DNA of 64,000 nt from an uncultured Candidatus Saccharibacteria bacterium (GCA_964620955.1 CAZUKH010000001.1:190810-254809), one strand, 5' to 3'. Numbered from the stretch's first letter, positions 10,093 through 20,443 are shown. Made by a program: numbers and translations. The notes: generated from the letters alone by a model not told the origin.

Positions 10093-10573
10093 TACGCCTT
10101 AAAGCTTCGTAAACAAAAACTGCTTCGATTAATAATAGGCTTAATAAAATTACTCCAAGTTCAACTCCTTGTAAGTTAATAAATTTTGCAACAAAAGTAA
10201 TACTTACAGCTATTACAAAAAGTATAGCTCTTCGAAAAGCAGGGATTATGTATGGGGGCTCATAGAATTTTTTAAAAAAAAGTTTATCAATAAACATGTG
10301 TACTCCAGCAATTATAAAAACTACTCCAACCCCTATGAGCCCCCATACGAGATAAAAGTTTCTGCTCACTATGTCAAAAATTAAACCTTTTGTAATTTGA
10401 TCTTGAATGTAATCTTCAAGTAAATTTACTGTATCTTCTGTAATTTGATTTTTAATAATTACGTCATTTATTACATCTTCTTTAAAAGGAGACGATGTAT
10501 ACGAAAGAAAAGCTCCAAATAGCAAAAATACTAACCCAATTATTATAACCAACATTATTTTTCTAATATTCAT
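10019..10573 (-). CDS. hypothetical multi-pass membrane protein
   Basis: 184 aa with 4 to 5 hydrophobic helices. Its 3' end overlaps the apbE 3' end convergently. Confidence 0.35.
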   Translation of the reverse strand: MNIRKIMLVIIIGLVFLLFGAFLSYTSSPFKEDVINDVIIKNQITEDTVNLLEDYIQDQITKGLIFDIVSRNFYLVWGLIGVGVVFIIAGVHMFIDKLFFKKFYEPPYIIPAFRRAILFVIAVSITFVAKFINLQGVELGVILLSLLLIEAVFVYEALRRTKKRGISGGPGASLASSNLPQKGL

Positions 10574-10643
10574 AACTTACATTGTAACAAACGTAAGATT
10601 TGACTGCTGCAGACAGTATTATTGACTAGTATGATGATATACT

Positions 10644-11291
10644 TTGCATATGGAAGTAGAGCAAAAACCAAAAGGACTTTCTTGCCGTAAAGCCGGTTGT
10701 TTTTTTGTTTTTTTTATAGCCGCCTGCTGTATTTTGCTTGCAGGTGTACTAACTTTACGTCCTTCTTTTCTTTGGATTCCTGTCGCAAAAGTATTAAATG
10801 GAAATACCACAATTAACAAAGTTTCCCAGGAAAGCATAGACGAAGCTCGTCAAAATGTAGTAAATCAAATAAAGCCTATTGATAATCTTGTAATCAAGCT
10901 AGATGAACAAACTTTTTCAACGTTAGTATCGGACAAATTCAAAAACCTTGGGAGTGTGAGTGCTTCGTTATCAGAAAATAAAATTGAAATATTTTGGATT
11001 ATTGATCAAACTTTTAGCGAATCACCAATAATAGGCCTTATTTCTTTTGATACTTCTAACCCTAATCTTGTACTAAGTCATTTTGGAACTGCAGGTATAA
11101 ACACACCTACACAGTTATCGTTTCTTTCTAAGCTGATTATTGTTCCTTTGCTTGGGCAAGACTTTGAAATGTTTTCTTCAGCAGAGTTTGTTTTACAGAT
11201 TATTGCACCTAAAGCAGAATTTGAAGCTAAAAGCATAACGGTTAAAGACGATTACTTAGAGCTTATTGTTAATGCCGCACTTTATGATTAA
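10644..11291 (+). CDS. hypothetical membrane-anchored protein
   Basis: N-terminal TM segment followed by a soluble domain. No recognisable family. Confidence 0.35.
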   Translation: MHMEVEQKPKGLSCRKAGCFFVFFIAACCILLAGVLTLRPSFLWIPVAKVLNGNTTINKVSQESIDEARQNVVNQIKPIDNLVIKLDEQTFSTLVSDKFKNLGSVSASLSENKIEIFWIIDQTFSESPIIGLISFDTSNPNLVLSHFGTAGINTPTQLSFLSKLIIVPLLGQDFEMFSSAEFVLQIIAPKAEFEAKSITVKDDYLELIVNAALYD

Positions 11292-12207
11292 ACTTTTTGA
11301 CGGGTCGGACAATTATGAAAGCTATAAAGCATGTAAATCCTACGCCAACGAGATTTCTAAACAAACTTCTCGCACAATAAAAGTTATAAATGCAGATGAA
11401 GTACGTGATATTTCCGAGGTTTTTGCCATATTTGAGGGTTTAAGCCTTTTTGCAGAAGAAAATATCTTATTACTAAAGAGATTATTTTTAAATAAGACTC
11501 TTATAAATCAAGTTACAAATAACTTTGAGTCACTGGATAAAAACCACGTTATTTTGTGGCAAGACAGCAAGGCAGATGGCAAACTCAAACTTGTAAAAAA
11601 ATTGAAAAGTCTCGGACGAATCTCAACATTTGAAGAGCTAAAACCTTGGCAACTCGAAAAGTGGTTAATTAACATAGCTAAAAAAGCAGGTATAGAAGTA
11701 TCTAAAGAAGTTGCTTCTTTTTTGTTTGTTAGTTCATTATCTAATAAAGCTTTACTAGTAAACGAACTAAGTAAATATAAAATACTTCTTGGTAGTTTAG
11801 GCAAAAATAAGCTAGAAAAAGAAGATATTATGCTTTTGTGGGGCGGAAACTTAAATGGAGATATTTGGGAGTTTTTAGATATGTTTGCAGCCCGGGATAA
11901 AAAATGCATATTAGAAATGGAAAAGCTATTAAAAAGTGAAACTTCTATACAATATTTAATAGCCATGGTTGCAAGAGAGTTGTCACTAATTTTACGGATA
12001 AAAGAATACGAAAAAGAAAATGGAGATTTTAAAGACTTAAAGCTACATCCTTTTGTTTTACAAAAGACCATAAAAAAAGCTCAAAACTTTTCTTTCTATG
12101 AAATAGCGGAATTGCTGCAAAAACTTGTTATTACAGATATGTCAATTAAAAAAGGTGAGTTAAAAGATACTACGGCATTTAGAATATATGTTACAACTAG
12201 TTTTTAG
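11266..12207 (+). CDS. holA: DNA polymerase III delta subunit
   Basis: About 310 aa with a HolA-like N-terminal clamp-loader fold pattern (ELKPWQLEKWL...) and C-terminal helical domain. Moderate similarity only. Confidence 0.5.
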   Translation: MLMPHFMIKLFDGSDNYESYKACKSYANEISKQTSRTIKVINADEVRDISEVFAIFEGLSLFAEENILLLKRLFLNKTLINQVTNNFESLDKNHVILWQDSKADGKLKLVKKLKSLGRISTFEELKPWQLEKWLINIAKKAGIEVSKEVASFLFVSSLSNKALLVNELSKYKILLGSLGKNKLEKEDIMLLWGGNLNGDIWEFLDMFAARDKKCILEMEKLLKSETSIQYLIAMVARELSLILRIKEYEKENGDFKDLKLHPFVLQKTIKKAQNFSFYEIAELLQKLVITDMSIKKGELKDTTAFRIYVTTSF

Positions 12208-12227
12208 TATAATAAAAATATTTCAAT

Positions 12228-13466
12228 ATGATCAAGATAACTAACTTTACTACAAAGTTTTTTTTAGGTTTACTATCATGTATAGCCCTATGCCTGTGGC
12301 TTGTGAATGTTGTTAATGCTCAGCAAAACTTGCAGGTAGTAACTCTTAAAGATGCTGGAATAGATGAATCGCTGGCAAGAGAAGATATTAACTATACTCT
12401 ACCTACTGATGTAGTTATTGTTCCTGTTAATTATCCAATTAAGCAAAAAACTTTAAACTCTACAGATCTTTATAGAGGTATTTATTTTTATACAGTTGAG
12501 GTTTTAGGTTTTAATGATATCCCTTTTCACTACCTTGTGGGTGAAGATGGAACAATATTTAAAGGCAACACTGGAGGAGATGAACGGAGAATAAGAATTA
12601 GTGGTGTGGGAGAAAGCATGATTGTTATTGGTTATATTACTGATTCTTCCTCAACAAAATTTAGTTCAAGAGCACAGTTAGCGCTTGTAAAAATTATTTC
12701 AGATGTAGTTAATCGTAATTCAATTAATCCTGACAATATCTTTGTTGATGGGGTTGAATTCGTAAGAAATTTGAGCACCAAAAGTGTTTCATTAGTTCAA
12801 AAAGATATTTTTGGAACATGGGGTACCTCTATTGAAGAGATTAAATCTCAAGTTAAACCACTGTACGCACCTATTGCAAAAAGTTATAAGGCTCAAGTAG
12901 ATAACGTTATTTTACCGACAGACCCTGTTAGTCCAGGCTCTGTAGTTGAAGCCAAAATTAGTATTTCGAATTTAAGTTCCAATGGTATGTACGCTGGCAC
13001 GGATTCTGCTCTTATTTTAAGTAAAATTGACGGTACACCAAGCGCATTCTTTTTGAATAACGAGTGGGCAAGTATTTCGCAGGCAAGTTTAATGGATAAT
13101 GATGAAATACTACTTCCTTTCCAAGAGGGCCAATTTAGTTTTAATATTAAAGTACCTTTGTTTCCAGGAGGTCTTTCCGAACAGTTTGAACTACGGACAT
13201 TAGATGGAAGGAAAGTAGAGTCTAACCCTGTAACTATAGCTTTGAACATTGGCCCTGCATCAAGGCAGATTGTGGAAATAAGAAGTAGTGTTGTAAATGC
13301 AGTAGATGTTAAGTCACAGCCTTCGAGTAGTTCGGCCACTGTAGGGCAGGTTTCGGCAGGACAAAGGTTTTATTATGTTTCAGAACAGGATAATGGATGG
13401 CTACAACTAGAGCTTTCAGATGGTACTCCTGGCTGGATTGCAATATGGTTTGTAAATTTTATTTGA
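12228..13466 (+). CDS. secreted protein with C-terminal SH3b-like domain
   Basis: Signal peptide, and a C-terminus (SATVGQVSAGQRFYYVSEQDNGWLQLELSDGTPGWI) resembling a bacterial SH3 domain. Confidence 0.5.
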   Translation: MIKITNFTTKFFLGLLSCIALCLWLVNVVNAQQNLQVVTLKDAGIDESLAREDINYTLPTDVVIVPVNYPIKQKTLNSTDLYRGIYFYTVEVLGFNDIPFHYLVGEDGTIFKGNTGGDERRIRISGVGESMIVIGYITDSSSTKFSSRAQLALVKIISDVVNRNSINPDNIFVDGVEFVRNLSTKSVSLVQKDIFGTWGTSIEEIKSQVKPLYAPIAKSYKAQVDNVILPTDPVSPGSVVEAKISISNLSSNGMYAGTDSALILSKIDGTPSAFFLNNEWASISQASLMDNDEILLPFQEGQFSFNIKVPLFPGGLSEQFELRTLDGRKVESNPVTIALNIGPASRQIVEIRSSVVNAVDVKSQPSSSSATVGQVSAGQRFYYVSEQDNGWLQLELSDGTPGWIAIWFVNFI

Positions 13467-13472
13467 AACTAA

Positions 13473-14261
13473 ATGAAAAAATTATTTTTTTATGTTCCAA
13501 TACTAGCGATTGTATTTTTACTGGGTCTTTTTTTGTCCATGTACTTTGGTGAGGCAAATGGTGGGGTAAGCAATGTAAGGGTTACTAATTTAACTAGCAA
13601 TTCAGTAACTATAAGCTGGGAAACAAAACAGCCTGGATTTGGTTCAATAGTTTACTCAAAAGAAGATTTCTTTCCTGATTTTATTGGTAAGTACATTGCC
13701 AAGTACCGTGAACATGATGATAGAAATGTTTCGAAAGATTTAGAAGAGAGTGGTAGGGTAAATTTAACAGAAAATTTTGATGAGTCTAAAGCTCAAGAAA
13801 GAAGAATTCATCACGTTACTATAAGCGGTCTTGAAGCCGAAACAACTTACTTTTTTAGAATAGATGGCAATATTAAACTTATTAATCCCGAGGTTAACTC
13901 TTTTACAACTCTTTCACAAAACTTGCTAGCTAATGAACCCGACCCTGTTTACGGTTCGGTAATAAATTACATGGCTAACCAAAAAAATCCAACAGATGGA
14001 ATTGTCTACTATCGGGTAGTGAATAAAAATAATGATCAAATTACTTCACAGTGGTATTCAAGCATAATAAAAAATGAAAATTGGAGCGGCGACTTATCGA
14101 AAATGGTAGATACCCTCGGGCAAGTTGTAAACTGGAACTCTTCTGATTATTTATTAAATGTAGAAGCAAAAACCCCGGAAGGAGAGGGAGGGCAAAACTT
14201 AACGTTAGAAACTTACAAACCAATTGAAACAATTATAGTAAATATTAGATATATACCATAA
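13473..14261 (+). CDS. secreted FN3-like (purple-acid-phosphatase N-terminal type) domain protein
   Basis: Signal/TM, then VRVTNLTSNSVTISW...ETTYFFRI, an FN3-like beta-sandwich signature. 6-nt gap to the upstream gene. Confidence 0.5.
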   Translation: MKKLFFYVPILAIVFLLGLFLSMYFGEANGGVSNVRVTNLTSNSVTISWETKQPGFGSIVYSKEDFFPDFIGKYIAKYREHDDRNVSKDLEESGRVNLTENFDESKAQERRIHHVTISGLEAETTYFFRIDGNIKLINPEVNSFTTLSQNLLANEPDPVYGSVINYMANQKNPTDGIVYYRVVNKNNDQITSQWYSSIIKNENWSGDLSKMVDTLGQVVNWNSSDYLLNVEAKTPEGEGGQNLTLETYKPIETIIVNIRYIP

Positions 14262-14263
14262 AC

Positions 14264-16129
14264 ATGAAAAACTTTATTAAACCATTAGTTTTACTATTTG
14301 TTTTGGGGTTTTTAACTGGCGTTATTTTTACTGGTATAAAATTCTCGATTAATGTAGAGGCTGGCAGTGCAATTGAAAATGGCGTGCCTGTTTGTCTTTC
14401 ACCTTACTCAGAATCTTGTGGAGATGGTTGTAACAGGCAAGTAAATTGTGGTTCCAACAAAGAATTTAGACCAGGTCCTTGCGAGTGTTCTAACCCAACA
14501 CAACCTCAATGCCCAGTAGCAACTATTTGGGATGGTAGTACTTGTAAAGGTACTGCTCAAGGTACTAAAGATGAAACGAAAGACCAGGATCCAGTAAAAG
14601 ATGGTGGAGAAAAAGTTGCACCCAAGGCAGCCAAGCCAGCTGATCCAAAAACGCGCGATGAGGCTAATAAGGTAGTTGCTGGTGGTGGTAGTAGTGCAAC
14701 AGGCAGCCAGGGGCAAGGAGTACCTGCAACACCTGTTACCAACCCAGGAGCTTCATGCCCTAACGGAACCTCTCGTTTTACTACTGATAATATTTGCTTA
14801 ACAGAGTGCCCACAAACAAACTGTTTAGCAGATAGCGCTGGAGAAACAAGGTGCTGCCAGCATAGTTCGGAGCCAGGGGGAGATGCTGAAATATCAACTA
14901 ATGAATTAACAGTCTGTCCTCTTACCTTTCATTGTGACGGAACTATTTTTGCAAATTCAGGAAACAGTAGCACAGGAGGTGCTATAAACATATGTTCATA
15001 CATTTTACCTACTGATTCTAGTAGGTCTTTTGGGGTTACACCACAAGTAATCAACAGCGTACAGACATGTGATGTTTTGATAGACCAAGTTAGTGCAAGT
15101 AGTGGTGGAGAAGCTTCCTTAGGCAGTCAAGAGGTACCTGTTGAAATTGCACAATCAATACTAGAACAAAACTGTGCAAGTAAAGGATATAATATGAGGA
15201 CAGATATCCCAAACTATTGCGAATACGATTGCCCAGTGGATCCATACCGTAATCCTGCATTTGCAACAATTTTAGGTGCCGTTCCATGCATTCCAAATGA
15301 TGCACAGGGACAAAACACAAAGCTACCTAGATTAACCAATTTAATCCCTAAAGTTTCTGCACAGGCAGCACCTCCTTTACCACAAACAATTAATCCAGAA
15401 GATTTAGAAAAAGGAGTTTATGTAATAACTATTCCTGGGTATAAAAATGTTGAAATATCTATACTTTACGGAAACTTAAAACTTAAGTATTTTGTAGATT
15501 CTAATGGTGACGGAGTAAAACAAACCGAAGAAGAGTATCTTGATTTAAGTGATTACGAAGTCAGTGTTGCCAAAACATCCTCTATTAACACTTACCAATT
15601 AGATAAAGGGTGGAACTTAGTTGGTCTTAACTTTGTTTCAGAGGATTTAAGCACAGCATCTAAGCTGCTGCGTGAATTAATACGACAAAATGTAGAATCA
15701 GTTCAACTAACAAAATATGATAGTGGTAATTGGATACACTTTGTAATGCGGATTAGCGACAAAGGTGAAATAATAACCTACGGAAACGACTTTACGCTTG
15801 TACCAGGAGAAGGTTACTTTTTAAGAACTTTAAACGAAGGAGCCGTATCACTTGCTGGAAACAGTTTTACAAGTAATGTTCCTGTAAGCTTTGTGCCAGG
15901 ATGGAATTTAATTTCTATACAAACTATACAACAATATACCGCGCAAAGCTTTTTGGAGTTTTGCAATACCCAATCTTTAAATTGCGAATCAATAAGCAGG
16001 TTTGTGGATGGCTTATACGATACCGTAGTAAAAAAAGAATCAAAATATTTTGGAAATATATTTAACATAGAAGACACTAAAGGATATTTTGTTCTTAATA
16101 ATGAAGGACAAAAAGTAATTACACCATAA
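14264..16129 (+). CDS. large Cys-rich secreted/membrane-anchored protein
   Basis: N-terminal TM, a Cys-dense module (CLSPYSESCGDGCNRQVNCGS...CECSNPTQPQCP), a G/S/T/P linker and a large beta-rich C-terminal region. Confidence 0.5.
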   Translation: MKNFIKPLVLLFVLGFLTGVIFTGIKFSINVEAGSAIENGVPVCLSPYSESCGDGCNRQVNCGSNKEFRPGPCECSNPTQPQCPVATIWDGSTCKGTAQGTKDETKDQDPVKDGGEKVAPKAAKPADPKTRDEANKVVAGGGSSATGSQGQGVPATPVTNPGASCPNGTSRFTTDNICLTECPQTNCLADSAGETRCCQHSSEPGGDAEISTNELTVCPLTFHCDGTIFANSGNSSTGGAINICSYILPTDSSRSFGVTPQVINSVQTCDVLIDQVSASSGGEASLGSQEVPVEIAQSILEQNCASKGYNMRTDIPNYCEYDCPVDPYRNPAFATILGAVPCIPNDAQGQNTKLPRLTNLIPKVSAQAAPPLPQTINPEDLEKGVYVITIPGYKNVEISILYGNLKLKYFVDSNGDGVKQTEEEYLDLSDYEVSVAKTSSINTYQLDKGWNLVGLNFVSEDLSTASKLLRELIRQNVESVQLTKYDSGNWIHFVMRISDKGEIITYGNDFTLVPGEGYFLRTLNEGAVSLAGNSFTSNVPVSFVPGWNLISIQTIQQYTAQSFLEFCNTQSLNCESISRFVDGLYDTVVKKESKYFGNIFNIEDTKGYFVLNNEGQKVITP

Positions 16130-16131
16130 AA

Positions 16132-17154
16132 ATGTCGAATCAACAAAAGAGGACAATCCTTTCGTTTCTTTTTTTAGTGCTTATGGTGCTGGCTATTGCT
16201 GCTTTTGCTGTAGCCGCTTCGTTAAACTCAGATGTGTCTGTAGATTTTGAAGTAGGCATAGCACCTCAAGAATTAGTTATAAGCAACGTTACTCAAAACG
16301 GCTTTACTGTATCTTGGGTGTCGCAGGAAGCAGAGCAAGGGCTTGTTAAATACGGGTTAGAAACAACTTTACTAGCTACAACTGCTATAGACTTTAGAGG
16401 GGAAGAATCTTCAACACTACACTATGTAAGAATAACAGATCTTGACCCTGCTACCACTTACTATTTTGAAATTTACTCGGGCAATACTGTATTTAAAAAT
16501 AATAATCTATACTTTTCGCAATCAACACTTGGAAATGAAGCATCATTGGGAACGCCAGAAAGCATTACACTCACCCTACCAGAAACTTTTACTGAAGGAA
16601 TCATTTACGCATATGCCTCAAATGGAATTCAAACTTCAACAATTGCGTCTTCCATTGCGTCATCAAACTCAGCACTTATTGATGTTTCAACTCTTAGAGA
16701 TCCAACTACGCAGGAGCTTTTTGATTTGACACTGTCACAGGTAAGGATACACGTTACCAGCGATCAACTATTACGCGCAGTAGATACACTAGCAGTAGGT
16801 CAACAAGATTTAACAATAAACGAACTTAGCTCAGAAACCTCAGCGTTTTTAGTTCCCGAAGTATTTGCAGTTGATTTACCAACACCTATTGAAGAGCCAG
16901 AAGAGGAAGAACCTGTAGAAGAAGACATTGTTGAAGAAGATCCACGCGTAATAGAAGAAGAACCAATAGCACAAAACCCAGCTCCAGTAATAATTCCCCA
17001 ACAACTTCCTCCTGCATCTCAACAGCCAGTTGTTGTTGCAAACAGCAGTCCTTTACCTTCAACAGCAATTTCAACAGGCGAACTACTTATTGGACTTAGT
17101 GGGTTGGGACTACTCGTTGTTGGAATAGCCCTTAAAAAGAACTCTAGTCTTTAA
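16132..17154 (+). CDS. FN3-like surface protein with LPSTA-type sorting signal
   Basis: FN3-like N-terminus (FTVSWVS...ATTYYFEI), an acidic E/P linker, and a C-terminal LPSTA + hydrophobic segment + KKN tail. Confidence 0.5.
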   Translation: MSNQQKRTILSFLFLVLMVLAIAAFAVAASLNSDVSVDFEVGIAPQELVISNVTQNGFTVSWVSQEAEQGLVKYGLETTLLATTAIDFRGEESSTLHYVRITDLDPATTYYFEIYSGNTVFKNNNLYFSQSTLGNEASLGTPESITLTLPETFTEGIIYAYASNGIQTSTIASSIASSNSALIDVSTLRDPTTQELFDLTLSQVRIHVTSDQLLRAVDTLAVGQQDLTINELSSETSAFLVPEVFAVDLPTPIEEPEEEEPVEEDIVEEDPRVIEEEPIAQNPAPVIIPQQLPPASQQPVVVANSSPLPSTAISTGELLIGLSGLGLLVVGIALKKNSSL

Positions 17155-18448
17155 TAACATTTTTAATAGCTTTACAAAGCTCTTCTGCCCTTTTTTCACT
17201 TATATTGATGCTCGTAGGCAAATTTAATACAACTTTACAGTGATTTATTGTATTTGGAGTTAATGCTGGAATATAACAAAGTCGTTGATAAGTTGTATCG
17301 TTAACTGTAGAACCATAAAGTGGAATCGCAAACCAGTTACCAAGGGTAACCCTTTCTTTTCTCGCAATATTCCAGACTGCCAGCCTTTCCTCTGCATTCT
17401 TTAAAAGCACAGGATATCTTAAATAAACTCTGTTTGAATCTGTATCTGCATGGTCAGAATACTCTATTAAATACTTGTCATAAATAGAAGCTATTTTACT
17501 TCTATGTTCATTATACTTTACTAGTTTAGTAAGCTGCTTAATGCCTAGTCTGGAAAGAGCGGGAGACATTTTTGCAGGAAACCAGTCCGGTTTTATTGCC
17601 ATATTTTCAACTTTTTCAACCATTATCCCTAAAAACCCCATTTTCCTCCAAACATACCTTATTGCTGCACCAATTGTAAATCTCCCGACTCCAACAGAAT
17701 GAAGAGGTATAGCTACCCACCAAAAAACAGGGTTTAGAAGTGATATAAAAGTTTTAATAAAAGGAAAGTTCGGAAGAGTATTTATAAAAGGAGAAATCTT
17801 AAAATAAACTTCATCTGAATTAGTAATTATTGCCCCTCCGCGCACTGAAGAAATAACCTTTTCAATACCAAAAGTTAAAAAGCCTGCATCTCCCCTTACT
17901 TGAATATTGCTTTCTATTAAATGGGCAAAATCTTCTAGGATAAAAATATCTTCCCTCCCAATGAGCGAAAGCTTTTGCTTAATAGCATCTACATCTACTA
18001 GCTTTCCAAAAGTATGTTGAACCACAATTGCCCTTGTTTTAAAGTTAATTGCTTTTTCCAGTTGAGAGTAATCAGGGTTAAGATCACTTTTATTTGAATC
18101 AAGGTAAACTGGGGTTGCACCTGTCCAACTTATTGAATTTGCAACTACAACACATGTAAATGAGGGTGCTATTACTTCGTCACCTTCTTTTAAACCTAAA
18201 GATTTTAATAATACATACAATGCCGACCTTCCAGAATCAACCAGCTTAACATGACCAACATTAAGGATTTTTTTTAAACTTTCTTCAAATTGAATATTAA
18301 AGGTTTCTAATGCCCATGTCCATGGAGTAAACAAAACTTTTAATGCAAGTAATACATCACCCAACTGCGTGTTTGGAGAAGCTGCAGTAAAAATAGATTT
18401 TTTTAATTTCATAAAACAAATATAACATCGATTGAATAACTCATCCAA
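17144..18448 (-). CDS. DegT/DnrJ/EryC1/StrS family PLP-dependent aminotransferase
   Basis: FILEDFAH segment and the SF..GxEKxxxxxxGGAIITNSDE Lys-motif characteristic of the DegT family. Confidence 0.65.
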   Translation of the reverse strand: MDELFNRCYICFMKLKKSIFTAASPNTQLGDVLLALKVLFTPWTWALETFNIQFEESLKKILNVGHVKLVDSGRSALYVLLKSLGLKEGDEVIAPSFTCVVVANSISWTGATPVYLDSNKSDLNPDYSQLEKAINFKTRAIVVQHTFGKLVDVDAIKQKLSLIGREDIFILEDFAHLIESNIQVRGDAGFLTFGIEKVISSVRGGAIITNSDEVYFKISPFINTLPNFPFIKTFISLLNPVFWWVAIPLHSVGVGRFTIGAAIRYVWRKMGFLGIMVEKVENMAIKPDWFPAKMSPALSRLGIKQLTKLVKYNEHRSKIASIYDKYLIEYSDHADTDSNRVYLRYPVLLKNAEERLAVWNIARKERVTLGNWFAIPLYGSTVNDTTYQRLCYIPALTPNTINHCKVVLNLPTSINISEKRAEELCKAIKNVIKD

Positions 18449-18459
18449 AATTTATACAT

Positions 18460-19392
18460 TTACCTTTTAAAATAACTGGCAAACTTAAAAAGTAAGTATT
18501 TAAACTTGTTTGAAACAATGTCTATCGAATCCAGGTACTCAATAGGAATGCCTCCAAACCCAAGTTTGTACCTTGAATAACCTGTTTCTTTATCTTTTGT
18601 TAAACCCCAAAAGTCAAAGACTTTACAATTATTTTCTTTTGCCCAAAGCATAGATTTCCAGGCATGAAGGTAAGAAGCTTTTAAACCATTCCCTTTTTCA
18701 ATTGATCCACCATAAATTGCATAAAATACGTTTTTATAAATTACACTAAACCAGGCTACAATTGGTTTACCTTCAAAAACCGAAGTAACAATCACTGGTA
18801 TTGCTTGGTCATCTTTTTTTAGTGTTTTCCATACTTTTTTAAGATACGTTGTAGATCTCCCTGTAAATCCGTATCTCTTTTGTATAGTAGAGTATATTTG
18901 TAGAAAGTTGTTAAAAGAAGAATCTTTTGAGTCAAAATTTACTGTAACTCCTTTTTTTTCAGCTCTTCGAAAATACTGCCTGTGAGGAGGACGAACATCG
19001 TTGTAAAGCTCTTCTACACTTTTTGTCAAATCAAATAAAAGGGTTTCTTTGGGGTGAATGTTTTTTGCAGGAAAAAAGTTAGAAGGCTGTTTAAATTTAA
19101 CCTCTTCAAAAAAGCAGTTTAAGGGATCAACTCTTACTGCAAAACATCCGCTATTATTTACAGCATTTTGTGCATCTTGGGTGCTAAACCTTGTCCAATC
19201 CAGCTTTGGTACATACCCAAATTTACCCAACAAAGGAACTTTATTAATCTGGATCCAAAATCCTTTTGCTTCATAAATATCATTACCTTGTACTTTCCTT
19301 ACTTCTTTCCAGGCATCAGACTGTAAAAAATGATTTTTTGTATTTTCAATTATATTTTTAATATCTTTCTTTTCTATAGATGTAGTTGTCAT
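18460..19392 (-). CDS. FemAB-family peptidyltransferase (peptidoglycan bridge formation)
   Basis: N-terminal FLQSDAWKEVRKVQG matches the FemABX signature (FLQSxxW...K..G). Confidence 0.6.
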   Translation of the reverse strand: MTTTSIEKKDIKNIIENTKNHFLQSDAWKEVRKVQGNDIYEAKGFWIQINKVPLLGKFGYVPKLDWTRFSTQDAQNAVNNSGCFAVRVDPLNCFFEEVKFKQPSNFFPAKNIHPKETLLFDLTKSVEELYNDVRPPHRQYFRRAEKKGVTVNFDSKDSSFNNFLQIYSTIQKRYGFTGRSTTYLKKVWKTLKKDDQAIPVIVTSVFEGKPIVAWFSVIYKNVFYAIYGGSIEKGNGLKASYLHAWKSMLWAKENNCKVFDFWGLTKDKETGYSRYKLGFGGIPIEYLDSIDIVSNKFKYLLFKFASYFKR

Positions 19393-20443
19393 AAAGTCTG
19401 TTTAGTTTAAACTTTAAAAAGTTTGAAGAAGTTTCATAAGTACCTAAATAAGATACCATTTTTCCTTTAAACTTCATTTTAAAATCCGCAACACCTCTCC
19501 ATGGGTGATTAATCCCTTTTGGAATTACGCCCCAAAAATTATAGTTTTTAAAACCCTCTTGAATAGCCTTAGCAGCAATAGAGTAGTGTAAAAAATATGG
19601 GGAAGCAATTTTTGAAAGAGCAACATCAGAGGTAGATGCACCATGGGAATAATTTACTGTATCTTTATAATAATTTATTAAAGCTGCCGAAACTGGTTTA
19701 TCTTCATAATAAGCAATCCAAATTCTTGTTAAAGGATCTTTCATTGCTTTTGGCCCGAGATGTTTCCATTGTGCAACATAGTAAGAATCGTGAAAGTTTT
19801 CGAACTTTTGCCTTATCTTTGTTTGACGTGTAAGCTCAATAAAGGCAAATAGGTCTTTTTCTTGCATTGCTTCTTTTACCTGAATACCAATTTTTTTTCC
19901 TCTTTTTATGTAATACCTTGTTTCTTTGGGTTGCATTTGAAGAAGCTCTTTGTCCGATTTTGGAAGTTCCATAATCCAAGTGTGCTTGGCTTGGCCTAGA
20001 GCATTAGACTTTTTCCAACCACTTCTTTCTATTTCAAAAAAAAACTTTTTATCAACAGGCGGATCTATTCTAAATAAATTTAGTGGGTTGAGTCTACAAT
20101 ACTCATCGGCAAAGAGTTTAAGTTTTTTATAAAACTTTTCATAAATTTCTGCATTATTTACTTCCTTGGAGATTTCCTTAATTTTACTAATATCCAATAC
20201 AGGTCCATAAGGAAGATAAGCATATTTTGAAATTTTTCTTTTAAATATTTCTAAATAAAGATTTCCAACGGGTTGATTGTTCAAATATACCAAAAAAGTA
20301 TCGATTTTTTTATTAATGCTTTTTTGAAAATTAATCCAGTGCCAGGAAGTTAAAAAAGTACTGGAAAAAGCGTTTGTGTTCACCTCTTCCCAAAGAGGAA
20401 ACTGTTCATCCAACAATGGTACTATATCGAAATCCAAATACAT
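19358..20443 (-). CDS. FemAB-family peptidyltransferase (paralog)
   Basis: FLTSWHWINFQKS and YLPYGP motifs of the FemABX family. Overlaps the downstream paralog by 35 nt. Confidence 0.6.
   Translation of the reverse strand: MYLDFDIVPLLDEQFPLWEEVNTNAFSSTFLTSWHWINFQKSINKKIDTFLVYLNNQPVGNLYLEIFKRKISKYAYLPYGPVLDISKIKEISKEVNNAEIYEKFYKKLKLFADEYCRLNPLNLFRIDPPVDKKFFFEIERSGWKKSNALGQAKHTWIMELPKSDKELLQMQPKETRYYIKRGKKIGIQVKEAMQEKDLFAFIELTRQTKIRQKFENFHDSYYVAQWKHLGPKAMKDPLTRIWIAYYEDKPVSAALINYYKDTVNYSHGASTSDVALSKIASPYFLHYSIAAKAIQEGFKNYNFWGVIPKGINHPWRGVADFKMKFKGKMVSYLGTYETSSNFLKFKLNRLYDNYIYRKERY

Noticed and set aside
16860-16970. GAA/GAG-rich repetitive DNA (gaagagccagaagaggaagaacct...gaagaagat...).
   Set aside because: It encodes an in-frame acidic E/P-rich stalk linker of the LPSTA surface protein. 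It is coding low-complexity sequence, not a tandem-repeat element or a CRISPR array.
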